Made by a program: the position numbers and the translations under genes
Origin: Eubacteriales bacterium
GTDB lineage: Bacteria > Bacillota > Clostridia > Oscillospirales > UMGS1783
Length of the DNA: 64,000 nucleotides
Assembly (NCBI GenBank): GCA_045631845.1
Contig: JAZQVM010000045.1
Location: 3,563 to 67,562, forward strand
Reading direction: 5' to 3'
Shown: one piece after another, positions 38,930 through 48,916 of the stretch
Position numbering within the stretch: position 1 is the first letter of the stretch
How the letters are laid out: each line of letters opens with the position of its first letter
Notes under the pieces: model-generated
Told to the model about the DNA's origin: nothing
Seen by the model: only the letters and a program-made list of their open reading frames with translations
The model's database searches: none

Positions 38930-38966
38930 GATTCTTTCCTCCATACTATGGCTGATTTCACTAAAA

Positions 38967-38995
38967 ATGATAAATTGAATTTACCGTTCTGTCAA
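38967..38995 (-). promoter_or_regulatory. Sigma-A-type promoter for acpP
   Basis: Minus strand reads TTGACA-17 nt-TATCAT. Confidence 0.6.
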
Positions 38996-39025
38996 GAGTT
39001 ATTTCGAAAATATTAACAAATATAC

Positions 39026-40036
39026 TTAATTTTCCCTCTTATCCGCCGGCATCATCATTTCGGATAATTGGCTGATAATGCCTGCCTGATGCAACTCGGT
39101 CGCCTGACGAATGGCATTCTTAAAGGCCACGGCATCCGACGATCCGTGTGCTTTAATCACGATACCCGACACACCCAACAGGGGCGCGCCGCCCGCCTCG
39201 GTGTAATCGAGCGATTTCTTAAATGCCGTAAACTCTTTTGCAATCAGCAGGGTGCCCAGTTTGGTGCGAAGATTTTTAAAAAGTACACCCTTAAGCGACT
39301 TAGCAATCATCTTGCCCATGCCTTCCAAGGCTTTCAGATAGACATTACCCGAAAATCCATCGGCAACCACCACATCGACATTACCGAGCAGGCCGTCACG
39401 CCCTTCGATGTTGCCGACATAGCAGATGCGATCTTCCTGTTTAAGCAAGGCATTGGCTTCGATCTGTAAAGCGGTACCCTTGGTATCCTCGGTGCCGTTA
39501 TTGAGCAAACCGACACGGGGAGCATCCATACCGTACAGGCATTTCATATACATACTGCCCATGATGGCAAATTGGTGCAGATATTCGGCCGAACATTCAA
39601 CATTGGCACCGCTGTCAATCAACAGATGCTTCTTGCCGCCTATGCTGGGGATCATCCCGCCGATAGCCGCCCGCTTGACACCCTTCATGCGCTTGACAAG
39701 CAGAGTGGCTCCCGTAATGACAGCACCGGTATTGCCAGCCGAGATAAAGGCATCGCCCTGTCCCTCTTTGAGCATGCGCATACCGACGGCCATGGACGAA
39801 TTCTTTTTCTCCTTGACCACGCTGTCAGCACTGTCGGTCATTTCCACAACCTGCTCGGCATGGACAATCGACATACCCGTCATATTGATGTTATTCTCTT
39901 TGACCGACTGTTCAAGCACATCCTGCTTACCGCACAGAAGAATCTCCACTCCGTACTCGGCAACAGCGAGGGCGCAACCTTTTAAAATTTGCTCGGGAGC
40001 ATGATCGCCCCCCATGGCATCTACAATAATCTTCAT
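39026..40036 (-). CDS. plsX: Phosphate acyltransferase PlsX
   Basis: MKIIVDAMGGDHAP N-terminus; full-length PlsX-like. ATGA overlap with trmFO. Confidence 0.94.
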   Translation of the reverse strand: MKIIVDAMGGDHAPEQILKGCALAVAEYGVEILLCGKQDVLEQSVKENNINMTGMSIVHAEQVVEMTDSADSVVKEKKNSSMAVGMRMLKEGQGDAFISAGNTGAVITGATLLVKRMKGVKRAAIGGMIPSIGGKKHLLIDSGANVECSAEYLHQFAIMGSMYMKCLYGMDAPRVGLLNNGTEDTKGTALQIEANALLKQEDRICYVGNIEGRDGLLGNVDVVVADGFSGNVYLKALEGMGKMIAKSLKGVLFKNLRTKLGTLLIAKEFTAFKKSLDYTEAGGAPLLGVSGIVIKAHGSSDAVAFKNAIRQATELHQAGIISQLSEMMMPADKREN

Positions 40037-41355
40037 TTTTCGTTCCTTTTCTGCGGCAAAATATCGGCCGCTATCTTAGTGATTTCCTCTTGTGCCATAG
40101 CGGAAATCATGGCACGACGATCTTTTTTCTTCTTCGCTGTTATCTTCGATTGATCAAAAATGCCGAAATTGACATTCATGGGCTGGAAATTCACAATGGA
40201 TTCATTGCTGATATAGTGTGCCAAGGCGCCGATAGCCGTATTGGCAGGAATATCTACCGATGCTTCCCCTAAGGCCATACGAGCCGCGGCAATCCCTGCC
40301 ACAAGCCCCGATGCGGTACTTTCGACATATCCTTCCACTCCCGTCATCTGACCGGCAAAGAACAGCCCTGCTCGGTTTTTAACCATATAGGTGTGGTCTA
40401 ACTGACCGGGAGAATGGAGAAAGGTATTGCGATGCATGACCCCATACCGAACAAACTCAGCTTGTTCAAGACCGGGAATCATGGAGAAAATTCGTTTCTG
40501 TTCGGGTATACGCAAATGGGTTTGGAATCCGACGATATTATACAGACTGCCCTCGCTGTTGTCTTTCCGCAGTTGTACGACGGCATACGGATCTTTTCCC
40601 GTTCGGGGGTCAGGCAGACCGACCGGCTTAAGAGGGCCGAAACGGATGGTATCCTCTCCTCGACGAGCCATAACCTCAATGGGCATACACCCCTCAAAAA
40701 CGCGGCTATCCTCAAATTCATGTAGCTGTACACAGTCCCCGTTTACCAATTCCCGATGAAAAGCCAAATACTGCTCTTTATCCATAGGGCAATTGATATA
40801 ATCAGGGCTTCCTTTCCCGTAGCGGGAAGCAAAGTATGCCTTAGACATATCAACGCTCTCAAAAGACACAATGGGAGCGGCCGCATCAAAAAAGGAGAGC
40901 GGTTCTCCTAAGGCATTGGAAATATCATCCGCCAACGGCCCGCTGGTTAAGGGACCGGAGGCAATGATACAAATCTCGTCCTCGGGGATCTTCTCTACCT
41001 TTTGACTAACAAAAGCAATACGGGGGTGAGACAGTATTTTTTCGGTAATATAACGAGAAAAGGCTTCTCGATCGACCGCCAACGCTCCGCCTGCGGGAAC
41101 GGTTGTGGCATCGGCGGCGGAGAGAATCAGCGAATCCATGATACGCAATTCTTCTTTGAGCAAACCGACGGCATTTTCCAGTCCTGCGGCACGCAGAGAA
41201 TTGGAGCAAACCAATTCGGCAAAATCCCGATTGTGATGGGCGGGGGTAAATTCATGGGGCTTAATATCCACCAATTCAACGTCCACGCCCCGCTCGGCCG
41301 CCTGCCAAGCGGCTTCGCAACCGGCCAGCCCTGCACCGACTACCTTAATCTTCAT
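40033..41355 (-). CDS. trmFO: Methylenetetrahydrofolate--tRNA-(uracil-5-)-methyltransferase TrmFO
   Basis: VVGAGLAGCEAAWQ FAD fold; Gid/TrmFO-like throughout. Start at MKIKVVG (GGAG SD), overlapping the topA end by 11 nt. Confidence 0.92.
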   Translation of the reverse strand: MKIKVVGAGLAGCEAAWQAAERGVDVELVDIKPHEFTPAHHNRDFAELVCSNSLRAAGLENAVGLLKEELRIMDSLILSAADATTVPAGGALAVDREAFSRYITEKILSHPRIAFVSQKVEKIPEDEICIIASGPLTSGPLADDISNALGEPLSFFDAAAPIVSFESVDMSKAYFASRYGKGSPDYINCPMDKEQYLAFHRELVNGDCVQLHEFEDSRVFEGCMPIEVMARRGEDTIRFGPLKPVGLPDPRTGKDPYAVVQLRKDNSEGSLYNIVGFQTHLRIPEQKRIFSMIPGLEQAEFVRYGVMHRNTFLHSPGQLDHTYMVKNRAGLFFAGQMTGVEGYVESTASGLVAGIAAARMALGEASVDIPANTAIGALAHYISNESIVNFQPMNVNFGIFDQSKITAKKKKDRRAMISAMAQEEITKIAADILPQKRNEK

Positions 41356-43435
41356 TTTTCTTCTCCGGCTGCTTTTCAAAACCGCAACCGTCCTTCAAGC
41401 AATGGATTTTACCGCCTCGGCGCATTTCACGGAACAACGTTTGACCGCACTGCGGGCAGGTTTCAGCCAAGGGTTTATCCCATGTCATGAAGCCACAGTC
41501 CTTCCCCTTTTCGCAGGCGTAATAAGTCTTACCCTTACGGGTTTTTCTCTCAACAATGCGACTGCCGCAAAGGAGACATTTCCCTTCGGTTTCAACCAAG
41601 ATGGACTTGGTATTGCGGCATTGCGGGAAGCCGGGGCAGGCCAAGAACTTACCATTTTTACCGTTGCGAATGACCATATTGCGGCCACACTTTTCACAGA
41701 TAATATCGGTAACTTCTTCGGGTACTTTAATTTTAATACCCTCAAATTTCTTATCGGCCTGAGCCAAGGTTTTAGCAAAATCACCATAGAAATCCCGAAT
41801 AACCTCAACCCAGTCAACCTCACCGTCGGCCACCTTTTCCAGGTTATCTTCCATGGCGGCGGTAAATTTGACATTAACAATGTCTTTAAAATTCTCGGTC
41901 ATAACCTGATTTACCGTTTCACCCAGAGGAGTCGGAGAAAGGATCTTCTTTTCTCTCTCGGCATAGTCACGGCTGATCACGGTGGCAATAGTGGGAGCAT
42001 AGGTACTGGGGCGTCCAATACCTTTATCTTCCATGGCCTTGATCAAGGTATCATCGGTATATCGTGCGGGCGGTTGGGTAAATTTCTGCTCGGTGAGCAA
42101 CCCTAGGAAGGGCAACACATCCCCCACCTGCATTTCGGGAATACCCTTGCTGGGCGTATCGTCCTCATCCTTGCTTTCGCTATACAGTTTGGCATAGCCA
42201 TCAAAAACGACCTTATTATGAGTCAATTTAAACAGGTAGTCATTGGCCGTGATTTCCACAGTTGTGACATCCAGCGTTTTATTGGCCATCTGGCAAGCCA
42301 CAAAGCGGCTCCAGATCAATTTATAGAGCCGATACTGCTGAGGGGTTAAACTATCCTTGATGCGATCGGGGATCAAATTGACATCAGTAGGACGGATGGC
42401 TTCATGGGCATCCTGTGCATTTTTCGATTTGGTAAAGATATTGGGCGAAGACGGACAATAGTCCTTGCCATAAGTGTTAACGATATAATCACGGGCCGCT
42501 TGTGCCGCATCGTCCGAGATGCGCAACGAATCGGTACGCATATAAGTGATCAGACCGGTACTGCCAACGCCCTCGATGTCGATACCTTCATAGAGTTGCT
42601 GAGCGGTACGCATAGTAATCTCAGGGCGGAACCCGAAACGACGGGATGCTTCACGTTGCAGTGTAGAAGTAATGTAGGGCGGCATGGGTTTGACCGCTTT
42701 TTTCTTCTTAGTAATATCCGACACCACATACTGCGCCCCATCCAGTGCGGCTACGATAGCGTCGGTCTGTTCTTGATTTTTCAGATCAATTTTGCCGTCG
42801 TGATTGCCGTAGAAGGCGGCGGCATATTTGGCCTTGCCAACACCTTTAAACTGAGCGGCAAGCGACCAATACTCCTCCGGAACAAAGGCCTCGATCTCAC
42901 GTTCCCGATCGCAGAGCATACGCACAACGACCGACTGGACACGGCCGGCCGAGAGACCTTTCTTTATCTTTTTCCATAAAAAGGGGCTGATCTTATATCC
43001 GACCAAACGATCAAGTACACGGCGGGCTTGCTGAGCATCCACCATATCCTGATTGATGCAGGAGGGATGTTTCATCCCTTCCAGTACCGCCTTTTTGCTG
43101 ATCTCATTAAAGGTAACACGGTTTTTCTTTTCAATATCCAGTCCCAGCATATAGGCTAAATGCCAGGAGATGGCTTCTCCTTCACGATCCGGGTCCGTTG
43201 CCAGAAACACGGCGTCACTCTTAGCCGCCTTCTTTTTGATATCGTTGATGATATCCTTTTTCCCGCGCATCATGATATATTTAGGCTTGAAATCGTTATC
43301 AACATCCACGCCTAAGGAGCTAACGGGAAGATCACGAACATGGCCGACCGAGGCGACGACCTCATAGTCTTTTCCCAGATATTTTTTTATCGTACCCGCC
43401 TTTGCAGGCGACTCTACAATCACAAGCTTTGCCAT
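41345..43435 (-). CDS. topA: DNA topoisomerase I
   Basis: TOPRIM (LVIVESPAKA), catalytic Tyr region (ITYMRTDS), and C-terminal CxxC zinc ribbons. Confidence 0.96.
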   Translation of the reverse strand: MAKLVIVESPAKAGTIKKYLGKDYEVVASVGHVRDLPVSSLGVDVDNDFKPKYIMMRGKKDIINDIKKKAAKSDAVFLATDPDREGEAISWHLAYMLGLDIEKKNRVTFNEISKKAVLEGMKHPSCINQDMVDAQQARRVLDRLVGYKISPFLWKKIKKGLSAGRVQSVVVRMLCDREREIEAFVPEEYWSLAAQFKGVGKAKYAAAFYGNHDGKIDLKNQEQTDAIVAALDGAQYVVSDITKKKKAVKPMPPYITSTLQREASRRFGFRPEITMRTAQQLYEGIDIEGVGSTGLITYMRTDSLRISDDAAQAARDYIVNTYGKDYCPSSPNIFTKSKNAQDAHEAIRPTDVNLIPDRIKDSLTPQQYRLYKLIWSRFVACQMANKTLDVTTVEITANDYLFKLTHNKVVFDGYAKLYSESKDEDDTPSKGIPEMQVGDVLPFLGLLTEQKFTQPPARYTDDTLIKAMEDKGIGRPSTYAPTIATVISRDYAEREKKILSPTPLGETVNQVMTENFKDIVNVKFTAAMEDNLEKVADGEVDWVEVIRDFYGDFAKTLAQADKKFEGIKIKVPEEVTDIICEKCGRNMVIRNGKNGKFLACPGFPQCRNTKSILVETEGKCLLCGSRIVERKTRKGKTYYACEKGKDCGFMTWDKPLAETCPQCGQTLFREMRRGGKIHCLKDGCGFEKQPEKKNED

Positions 43436-43443
43436 GGTTCCTC

Positions 43444-44559
43444 CTAAATAGTGAATGTTTTTGAAAGGGCATAACAGCCACCGGGCTTCTCGGTTATTAT
43501 GCCTCTAATCTGCAATTCTGTCAACAGTAAAATGATATTTGTCAGATCAATTCCCGTTTTTAGCGCCAATTCCGTCATATCCGCATCGCCCGAAATCAAC
43601 GCGTTAATGATTGCCTGCATTTGTTCATTTTCCACGGTGGGAGAAGGGGTTTTCGGCTCTGTGACTGTATGGTTGGCGAAGACATATCCATACTCCTCAA
43701 GTACATCCATAGCCGACTCAATCAATTTTGCACCGCTACGGATCAACTGATTGGGTCCTTGGCTTTGGCGGACATCGGCATCACCCGGAATGGCGAAGAC
43801 ATCACGGTTATATTGCACAGCCCATTTGACGGTAATCAACGAACCGCTTTGCTGGGGAGATTGGACATGGATCACACCGTTGGACAAACCGGCGATCAGG
43901 CGGTTTCTTGCTTGAAAGTTGGATCCCAGAGGACGGGTTCCCGGTAGAAATTCGCTAATGACACATCCCTTTTCGGCGATTTCCCAGTACAGATCATATT
44001 GGGAGTTAGGATAGATCACATCAATGCCGCCAGGGAGTACAGCCACCGTTTTACCTTGGCTGTTTAAGGCCGCACGATGGGCACAGGCATCGACGCCGTC
44101 GGACATACCGCCGATGATCGTACAACCGATTTCAGACAAATCGGTCACGATATGTTCGGTCATACGACGGCCGTAGACGGTCATACCGCGAGTACCGGCT
44201 ACAGCAATCTGCAACAGAGAGTCCTTCCAGACGGGATTACCCATACAGAACAGCATAACGGGGGGATCGGGCATAGTTTTGCAATTGGGTGGATAATCCT
44301 CATCCCAATAAGTCAGGATACGGACATCGTTCTTTTCGCAATGGTACAGGGTTGGCTCAATGATGGTTAGCGTATGGTTCGATATAAGTTTTTGGATTGT
44401 ATCGGGCATTAACAAGCCGCATTGACGCAATTGCGTTTCGGTAGCGAAAAAGACAGCCTCCGCTGAGCCGAAATATTCAATAAGCGGTAAGGTATTCCGA
44501 TTGGCGGGCGTCATTAATTGAACCAGCCAAACAAGATAAGCTAAGGAGTTTTGTTCCAT
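43444..44559 (-). CDS. dprA: DNA processing protein DprA (Smf)
   Basis: Rossmann-like DprA core (IAVAGTRGMT...GGMSDGVDA). Start at MEQNS with TAATG overlap. Confidence 0.88.
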   Translation of the reverse strand: MEQNSLAYLVWLVQLMTPANRNTLPLIEYFGSAEAVFFATETQLRQCGLLMPDTIQKLISNHTLTIIEPTLYHCEKNDVRILTYWDEDYPPNCKTMPDPPVMLFCMGNPVWKDSLLQIAVAGTRGMTVYGRRMTEHIVTDLSEIGCTIIGGMSDGVDACAHRAALNSQGKTVAVLPGGIDVIYPNSQYDLYWEIAEKGCVISEFLPGTRPLGSNFQARNRLIAGLSNGVIHVQSPQQSGSLITVKWAVQYNRDVFAIPGDADVRQSQGPNQLIRSGAKLIESAMDVLEEYGYVFANHTVTEPKTPSPTVENEQMQAIINALISGDADMTELALKTGIDLTNIILLLTELQIRGIITEKPGGCYALSKTFTI

Positions 44560-45338
44560 TATTTTGACATCTCCCACATAAATATAGAGGCAGCAACCGA
44601 AGCATTCAACGATTCGGTATCTTCCTGCATGGGGATATATATTTGATGTTCACAACAATCAACGGCTTGTTGAGACAGACCGTTACCTTCATTTCCGATC
44701 CATACGGCACAGGTGTCATTCAAGCAGTACTCGGATATATCCCGAGCATTTTTACCGACCACAGCGGCATAGGATGGGATATGGTTTTGTTTTAAATATT
44801 CGGATACCTCTGAAGCGGATTGGCATATCTGAAAGGGCACACGGAAAGCGGCACCCATACTGCCGCGCAGAACCTTAATGGAATAGATATCGCAACCGCC
44901 AATAAAGAACACGCCGTCGATTCCGAATGCGGCGGCAGAGCGCAGTACAGCACCGGCATTACCGGGGTTTTGGAGGTTTTCGCAGACCATATATTTGCCT
45001 TGTTTTTTCATCTCGATAACCCTATCGGGGATGCGACAGACGGCCAAAATGCTTTGGGGGGTATCCATAGCACTGGCACGCTCTATGGCGGCAGTCGGTG
45101 CGCTATACACCGGAACATGGCGGGATTCCAGCAAATCAATCAAATCAACAATCTGTGCCGATCGGGATTGATCGACGAGGGCAGACACGATATCAATACC
45201 AGCCGATAACACCTCCCGTAGCAACACATCGCCCTCGACCGTAAAGACACGGTCACGGGTACGGATTTTAGCGCGGGATAAGGAGTTATAATATTTGATT
45301 GTAGGGTTAACCGGACTGGATATGTAAATCATGCGCAA
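44559..45338 (-). CDS. TrmH/SpoU-family RNA 2'-O-methyltransferase
   Basis: SpoU motifs (NLQNPGNAGAVLRSAAAFG, IGNEGNGLS, ESLNASVAA). Confidence 0.85.
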   Translation of the reverse strand: MRMIYISSPVNPTIKYYNSLSRAKIRTRDRVFTVEGDVLLREVLSAGIDIVSALVDQSRSAQIVDLIDLLESRHVPVYSAPTAAIERASAMDTPQSILAVCRIPDRVIEMKKQGKYMVCENLQNPGNAGAVLRSAAAFGIDGVFFIGGCDIYSIKVLRGSMGAAFRVPFQICQSASEVSEYLKQNHIPSYAAVVGKNARDISEYCLNDTCAVWIGNEGNGLSQQAVDCCEHQIYIPMQEDTESLNASVAASIFMWEMSK

Positions 45339-45398
45339 AGCCCCCTTTTTTCTTTATTATATACGCAACTGAAAAAAATGCAAATTTTTTTTATAAAC

Positions 45399-45418
45399 TT
45401 TTCACATGTTTTTCACAT
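45399..45418 (+). promoter_or_regulatory. Tandem direct repeat TTTTCACAT x2 with 11-bp phasing in the htrA promoter (candidate response-regulator site)
   Basis: 45399-45407 and 45410-45418 are identical 9-mers. They overlap the -35 position relative to TATCAT/CATAAT at 45433-45441. Confidence 0.5.
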
Positions 45419-45483
45419 ACAGACCATAGTGTTATCATAATCATCGTGCATAATATAGATATTACGACAAGGAGAAAACAATT

Positions 45484-46698
45484 ATGGAAGACAATAATAA
45501 TCTTTTTCAGTCACAGCCGATAGATCCCATTGTTTCGGTTGAACCGATCGATGAACCGCAATCCAAGAAAGGCGGCTCGGCCAAGGCGCCGATTGCCTTA
45601 GTTTTGATTATTTCCTTGCTCGCCTCTACCTTGTTGGGGCTTGGTGGCGGTGTATGCGGCTATTATTTTATGCATATGCGCCAAAATCCGAGCAAACCGT
45701 CAGAGGGACAGAGCGGTAATATTGTCATGAACTCGACGCCGATTGAATTATCGGAGGAGTCTTACAGTCGTGCTGCTGTTGTGCAGAAGGTTTACAGCAG
45801 TGTGGTTGAGATTACAACATCCTCCGTTAACACCTCCATGTTCATGCCGCAGCAGGTGCTCAGCGGTGCGGGAAGCGGCGTTATCATCACGACCGACGGC
45901 TACATTGTGACCAATCATCATGTAGTTGACGGGGCGTCAGCCATTGAGGTGGCCTTAGCCAACGGCGAGACACATCAGGCACAGCTGGTTGCTTCTGACG
46001 CGCAGACCGACTTGGCGGTTATTAAGATTGAAGCGAGCGATCTGAATGCCGCTACTTTTGGTGATTCTTCGCAATTGGTAGTTGGGCAAACGGTATTGGC
46101 CATCGGCAATCCGCTCGGTTCGCTTGGCGGAACGGTAACCGAAGGCATTATCAGCGCCTTAGATCGGGAGATCACGATTGAGAAGGAGTCGATGACGCTG
46201 TTGCAAATCAGTGCGGCGGTTAATCCCGGCAACTCGGGCGGCGGTTTATTTGATGAGCAAGGCAACCTGATTGGCATTGTTAATGCAAAGGTCAGCACCG
46301 ATTCGAGCGGTGATCCGATCGAAGGGTTGGGGTTTGCCATTCCGGCTAATCTGGCCAGAGAAGTTTCGGGCGAGCTGATGGATCACGGCTATGTCAGCGG
46401 GCGTGTGGCTCTTGGGGTTACCTTGATTCACATTGCCGATGAACGCACGGCTATGATGTATCGGGTATCCAAGACCGGTATTTATATTCTGCAGGTAGAA
46501 AATAATTCCAATGCCTCCAACGCCGGTCTGCGTTCAGGGGACTATCTGGTAAGCATCAACGATACTCAAATCACCTCCACCAAAGATGTAGAGAATATAC
46601 TGGAAGGTATCTCCCCCGGCGACACACTGCGCATCACCATTGAACGGGGCGGACAGGAAAAGACCGTAGAGGTCTTTATGGCAGAATCCACCAACTGA
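45484..46698 (+). CDS. htrA: HtrA/DegP-family serine protease (TM anchor, trypsin-like domain, PDZ)
   Basis: Catalytic H (TNHHVV), D (DLAVIKI) and S (GNSGGGLF); C-terminal PDZ; AAGGAGA SD. Confidence 0.9.
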   Translation: MEDNNNLFQSQPIDPIVSVEPIDEPQSKKGGSAKAPIALVLIISLLASTLLGLGGGVCGYYFMHMRQNPSKPSEGQSGNIVMNSTPIELSEESYSRAAVVQKVYSSVVEITTSSVNTSMFMPQQVLSGAGSGVIITTDGYIVTNHHVVDGASAIEVALANGETHQAQLVASDAQTDLAVIKIEASDLNAATFGDSSQLVVGQTVLAIGNPLGSLGGTVTEGIISALDREITIEKESMTLLQISAAVNPGNSGGGLFDEQGNLIGIVNAKVSTDSSGDPIEGLGFAIPANLAREVSGELMDHGYVSGRVALGVTLIHIADERTAMMYRVSKTGIYILQVENNSNASNAGLRSGDYLVSINDTQITSTKDVENILEGISPGDTLRITIERGGQEKTVEVFMAESTN

Positions 46699-46702
46699 TA
46701 AA

Positions 46703-46738
46703 AACAAGCCTTTGCCCTTATTGGGGCAAGGGCTTGTT
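46703..46738 (+). terminator. Long stem-loop after htrA (probable terminator, weak T-tract)
   Basis: ~15-bp stem AACAAGCCTTTGCCC/GGGCAAGGGCTTGTT with one G-U pair; no clear U-run follows. Confidence 0.5.
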
Positions 46739-46743
46739 CCCTA

Positions 46744-46772
46744 TTGCGAAAAAAAACTTTTTCATTTATAAT
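46744..46772 (+). promoter_or_regulatory. Sigma-A-type promoter for the two-component operon
   Basis: TTGCGA-17 nt-TATAAT, 20 nt upstream of the response-regulator ATG. Confidence 0.55.
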
Positions 46773-46791
46773 AGCATCAGGAGGGAAAACC

Positions 46792-47460
46792 ATGTATAAA
46801 CTTTTGATTGTTGACGATGAAGAAAATATCCGTAAATTAATACATAAATATGCTGAATATGACGGGCATGAAGTGAGTGAAGCAGAAAACGGCATGCAAG
46901 CCGTGGAGCTGGTGCGAAAAAACGATTTTGATCTGATTGTTATGGATGTCATGATGCCGGAATTGGACGGATTTTCGGCCGCTGCCGAGATTCGTAAAAT
47001 GAAAGATACCCCCATTATTATGCTTTCGGCACGAGGTGAGGAGTATGATCGCATCCACGGTTTCATGGCCGGCATTGACGACTATGTAGTCAAGCCCTTT
47101 TCTCCAAAAGAACTGATGCTTCGCATCCACGCTATTTTATCCCGTCGGGTACGAAATACCGACCGTACTGACATCTTTAAAGCCGAAGGATTAATGATTG
47201 ATTTTACCAGCCGCATTGTGACCGTTGACGGAGAACGAGCCAATCTGTCCCCTAAGGAATATGAACTGCTGTTTTACATGGTGCGCAATCGCAACATTGC
47301 CCTATACCGTGAAAAACTGTTAAGCGAAGTTTGGGGGTATGACTTTTTCGGAGATGATCGCACGCTGGATACTCACATCAAATTATTACGAAAAAGTTTA
47401 GGGGCATACAGCAAATTTATTGTGACACTAAGGGGGATAGGTTATCGTTTTGAAACATAA
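46792..47460 (+). CDS. OmpR/PhoB-family response regulator
   Basis: Receiver domain (LLIVDDEE...DLIVMDVMMPELDG) plus winged-helix (TLDTHIKLLRKSL...RGIGYRF). Start at MYKLLIV (AGGAGGGA SD). Confidence 0.9.
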   Translation: MYKLLIVDDEENIRKLIHKYAEYDGHEVSEAENGMQAVELVRKNDFDLIVMDVMMPELDGFSAAAEIRKMKDTPIIMLSARGEEYDRIHGFMAGIDDYVVKPFSPKELMLRIHAILSRRVRNTDRTDIFKAEGLMIDFTSRIVTVDGERANLSPKEYELLFYMVRNRNIALYREKLLSEVWGYDFFGDDRTLDTHIKLLRKSLGAYSKFIVTLRGIGYRFET

Positions 47461-48916
47461 ACAAAACCGCATGGGGATTCGTTCCAAACTTTTTGCCTGC
47501 TTTGCCCTCTTTGTTGCTCTTACTTTAGCATTATTATGGGTTTTGCAGGTTGTTTTTCTGGATGACTTTTACCGATTGATTAAAACGAATCTGATCAAAA
47601 AGACGGCTACTGTTATTTCCCACAATCTGGACAAGCCCTCGGATGAACTGCAAACATTGGTGACCCGCATATCGCAAGACGGCGAACTGTGCATTGTTGT
47701 GTATGACCTCAATGACAACGGCGCCTATCTGGCCGATTCCGATGTATTGGTCGGATGTTTTGTCCACAAACTCATGCCCTATGATCGGTATCATATGTGC
47801 ATGGACGCCCTGTACGCCGGCGGAGAATCTTTGGAATTTTTTGAGGGTGACATGTTCCGAAATCCCGACTATAATAACGATCATTTTCAGGGGGATGTCC
47901 CTAAAAATGACCCCGGGATGTATGACAGTTTGATGTATATTCGCGTCAAAGAAAATACCATTGGACACACCGTTGCCATCATGATCAACGGCACCATTGT
48001 ACCGGTTGATGCTACGGCGCAAACCTTAATCAATCAAATGATGATTATTACCATCATTCTGTTGTTATTAGCAGGGGCTTTTGCCTGGATTTTATCGCGC
48101 TTAATTGCCAAGCCCATTTCCAAACTCAATGACAGCGCCAAGGCCTTGGCTACCGCTAATTATAACGTTTCCTTCCAAGCCGATGGCTACCGAGAGATTG
48201 AGGAGTTGTCCGATTCTCTTACCATTGCCGCACAGGAACTCAATAAAGTTGATGAATATCGACGTGAATTACTGGCCAATGTATCCCATGATATGCGCAC
48301 GCCACTTACTTTGATTTCGGGCTACGGCGAGGTCATGCGGGACATTCCCAGTGAAAACAATGCCGAAAATTTGGATATTATTATTTCCGAAGCCAAGCGG
48401 CTTACCGCGTTGGTCAATGATATGATTGAACAAACCCAATATACCGACGGCATCATCCATTTAGATCGAAAATCGGTTAATCTTTCCTTCTGTATGCAGG
48501 AAATTGCCCTGCGCTATCGTAAATTTACCGAAAATAACGGCATTATCATCCATACTGATATTGCCGATGCCATCTATGTGAATGCCGATCCCCTCAAGCT
48601 TACGCAGGCCATTTACAACCTACTCAACAATGCCCTGAATTATACCGACAAGCACATCTACATTACACTTAAGAGTATTGAGCATCGGGCTTATGTAGAG
48701 ATACGGGATACCGGCGAAGGCATTGAAGCGGATAAGATCCCCCACATCTGGAACCGTTACTATAAAATAGACAAGCAACATCGCCGTGCCGCGCACGGGT
48801 CGGGGCTTGGATTATCCATTGTAAAGCATATTCTGGAGTTGCACGGTGCCGAGTACGGCGTTACCAGTCAGGTCGGCGAAGGCAGTACCTTCTGGTTCTC
48901 TTTACCCGAGGAATAA
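47450..48916 (+). CDS. Sensor histidine kinase (2 TM, HAMP, HisKA, HATPase_c)
   Basis: H-box VSHDMRTPLT; N, G1 and G2 boxes (NLLNNALNYT, DTGEGI, GSGLGLSIV). 11-nt overlap with the regulator gene. Confidence 0.9.
   Translation: MKHKQNRMGIRSKLFACFALFVALTLALLWVLQVVFLDDFYRLIKTNLIKKTATVISHNLDKPSDELQTLVTRISQDGELCIVVYDLNDNGAYLADSDVLVGCFVHKLMPYDRYHMCMDALYAGGESLEFFEGDMFRNPDYNNDHFQGDVPKNDPGMYDSLMYIRVKENTIGHTVAIMINGTIVPVDATAQTLINQMMIITIILLLLAGAFAWILSRLIAKPISKLNDSAKALATANYNVSFQADGYREIEELSDSLTIAAQELNKVDEYRRELLANVSHDMRTPLTLISGYGEVMRDIPSENNAENLDIIISEAKRLTALVNDMIEQTQYTDGIIHLDRKSVNLSFCMQEIALRYRKFTENNGIIIHTDIADAIYVNADPLKLTQAIYNLLNNALNYTDKHIYITLKSIEHRAYVEIRDTGEGIEADKIPHIWNRYYKIDKQHRRAAHGSGLGLSIVKHILELHGAEYGVTSQVGEGSTFWFSLPEE

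Noticed and set aside
46566-47075. 169-aa minus-strand ORF across the htrA end and the response-regulator start.
   Set aside because: It overlaps two well-supported plus-strand genes plus their terminator and promoter, and has no motifs.
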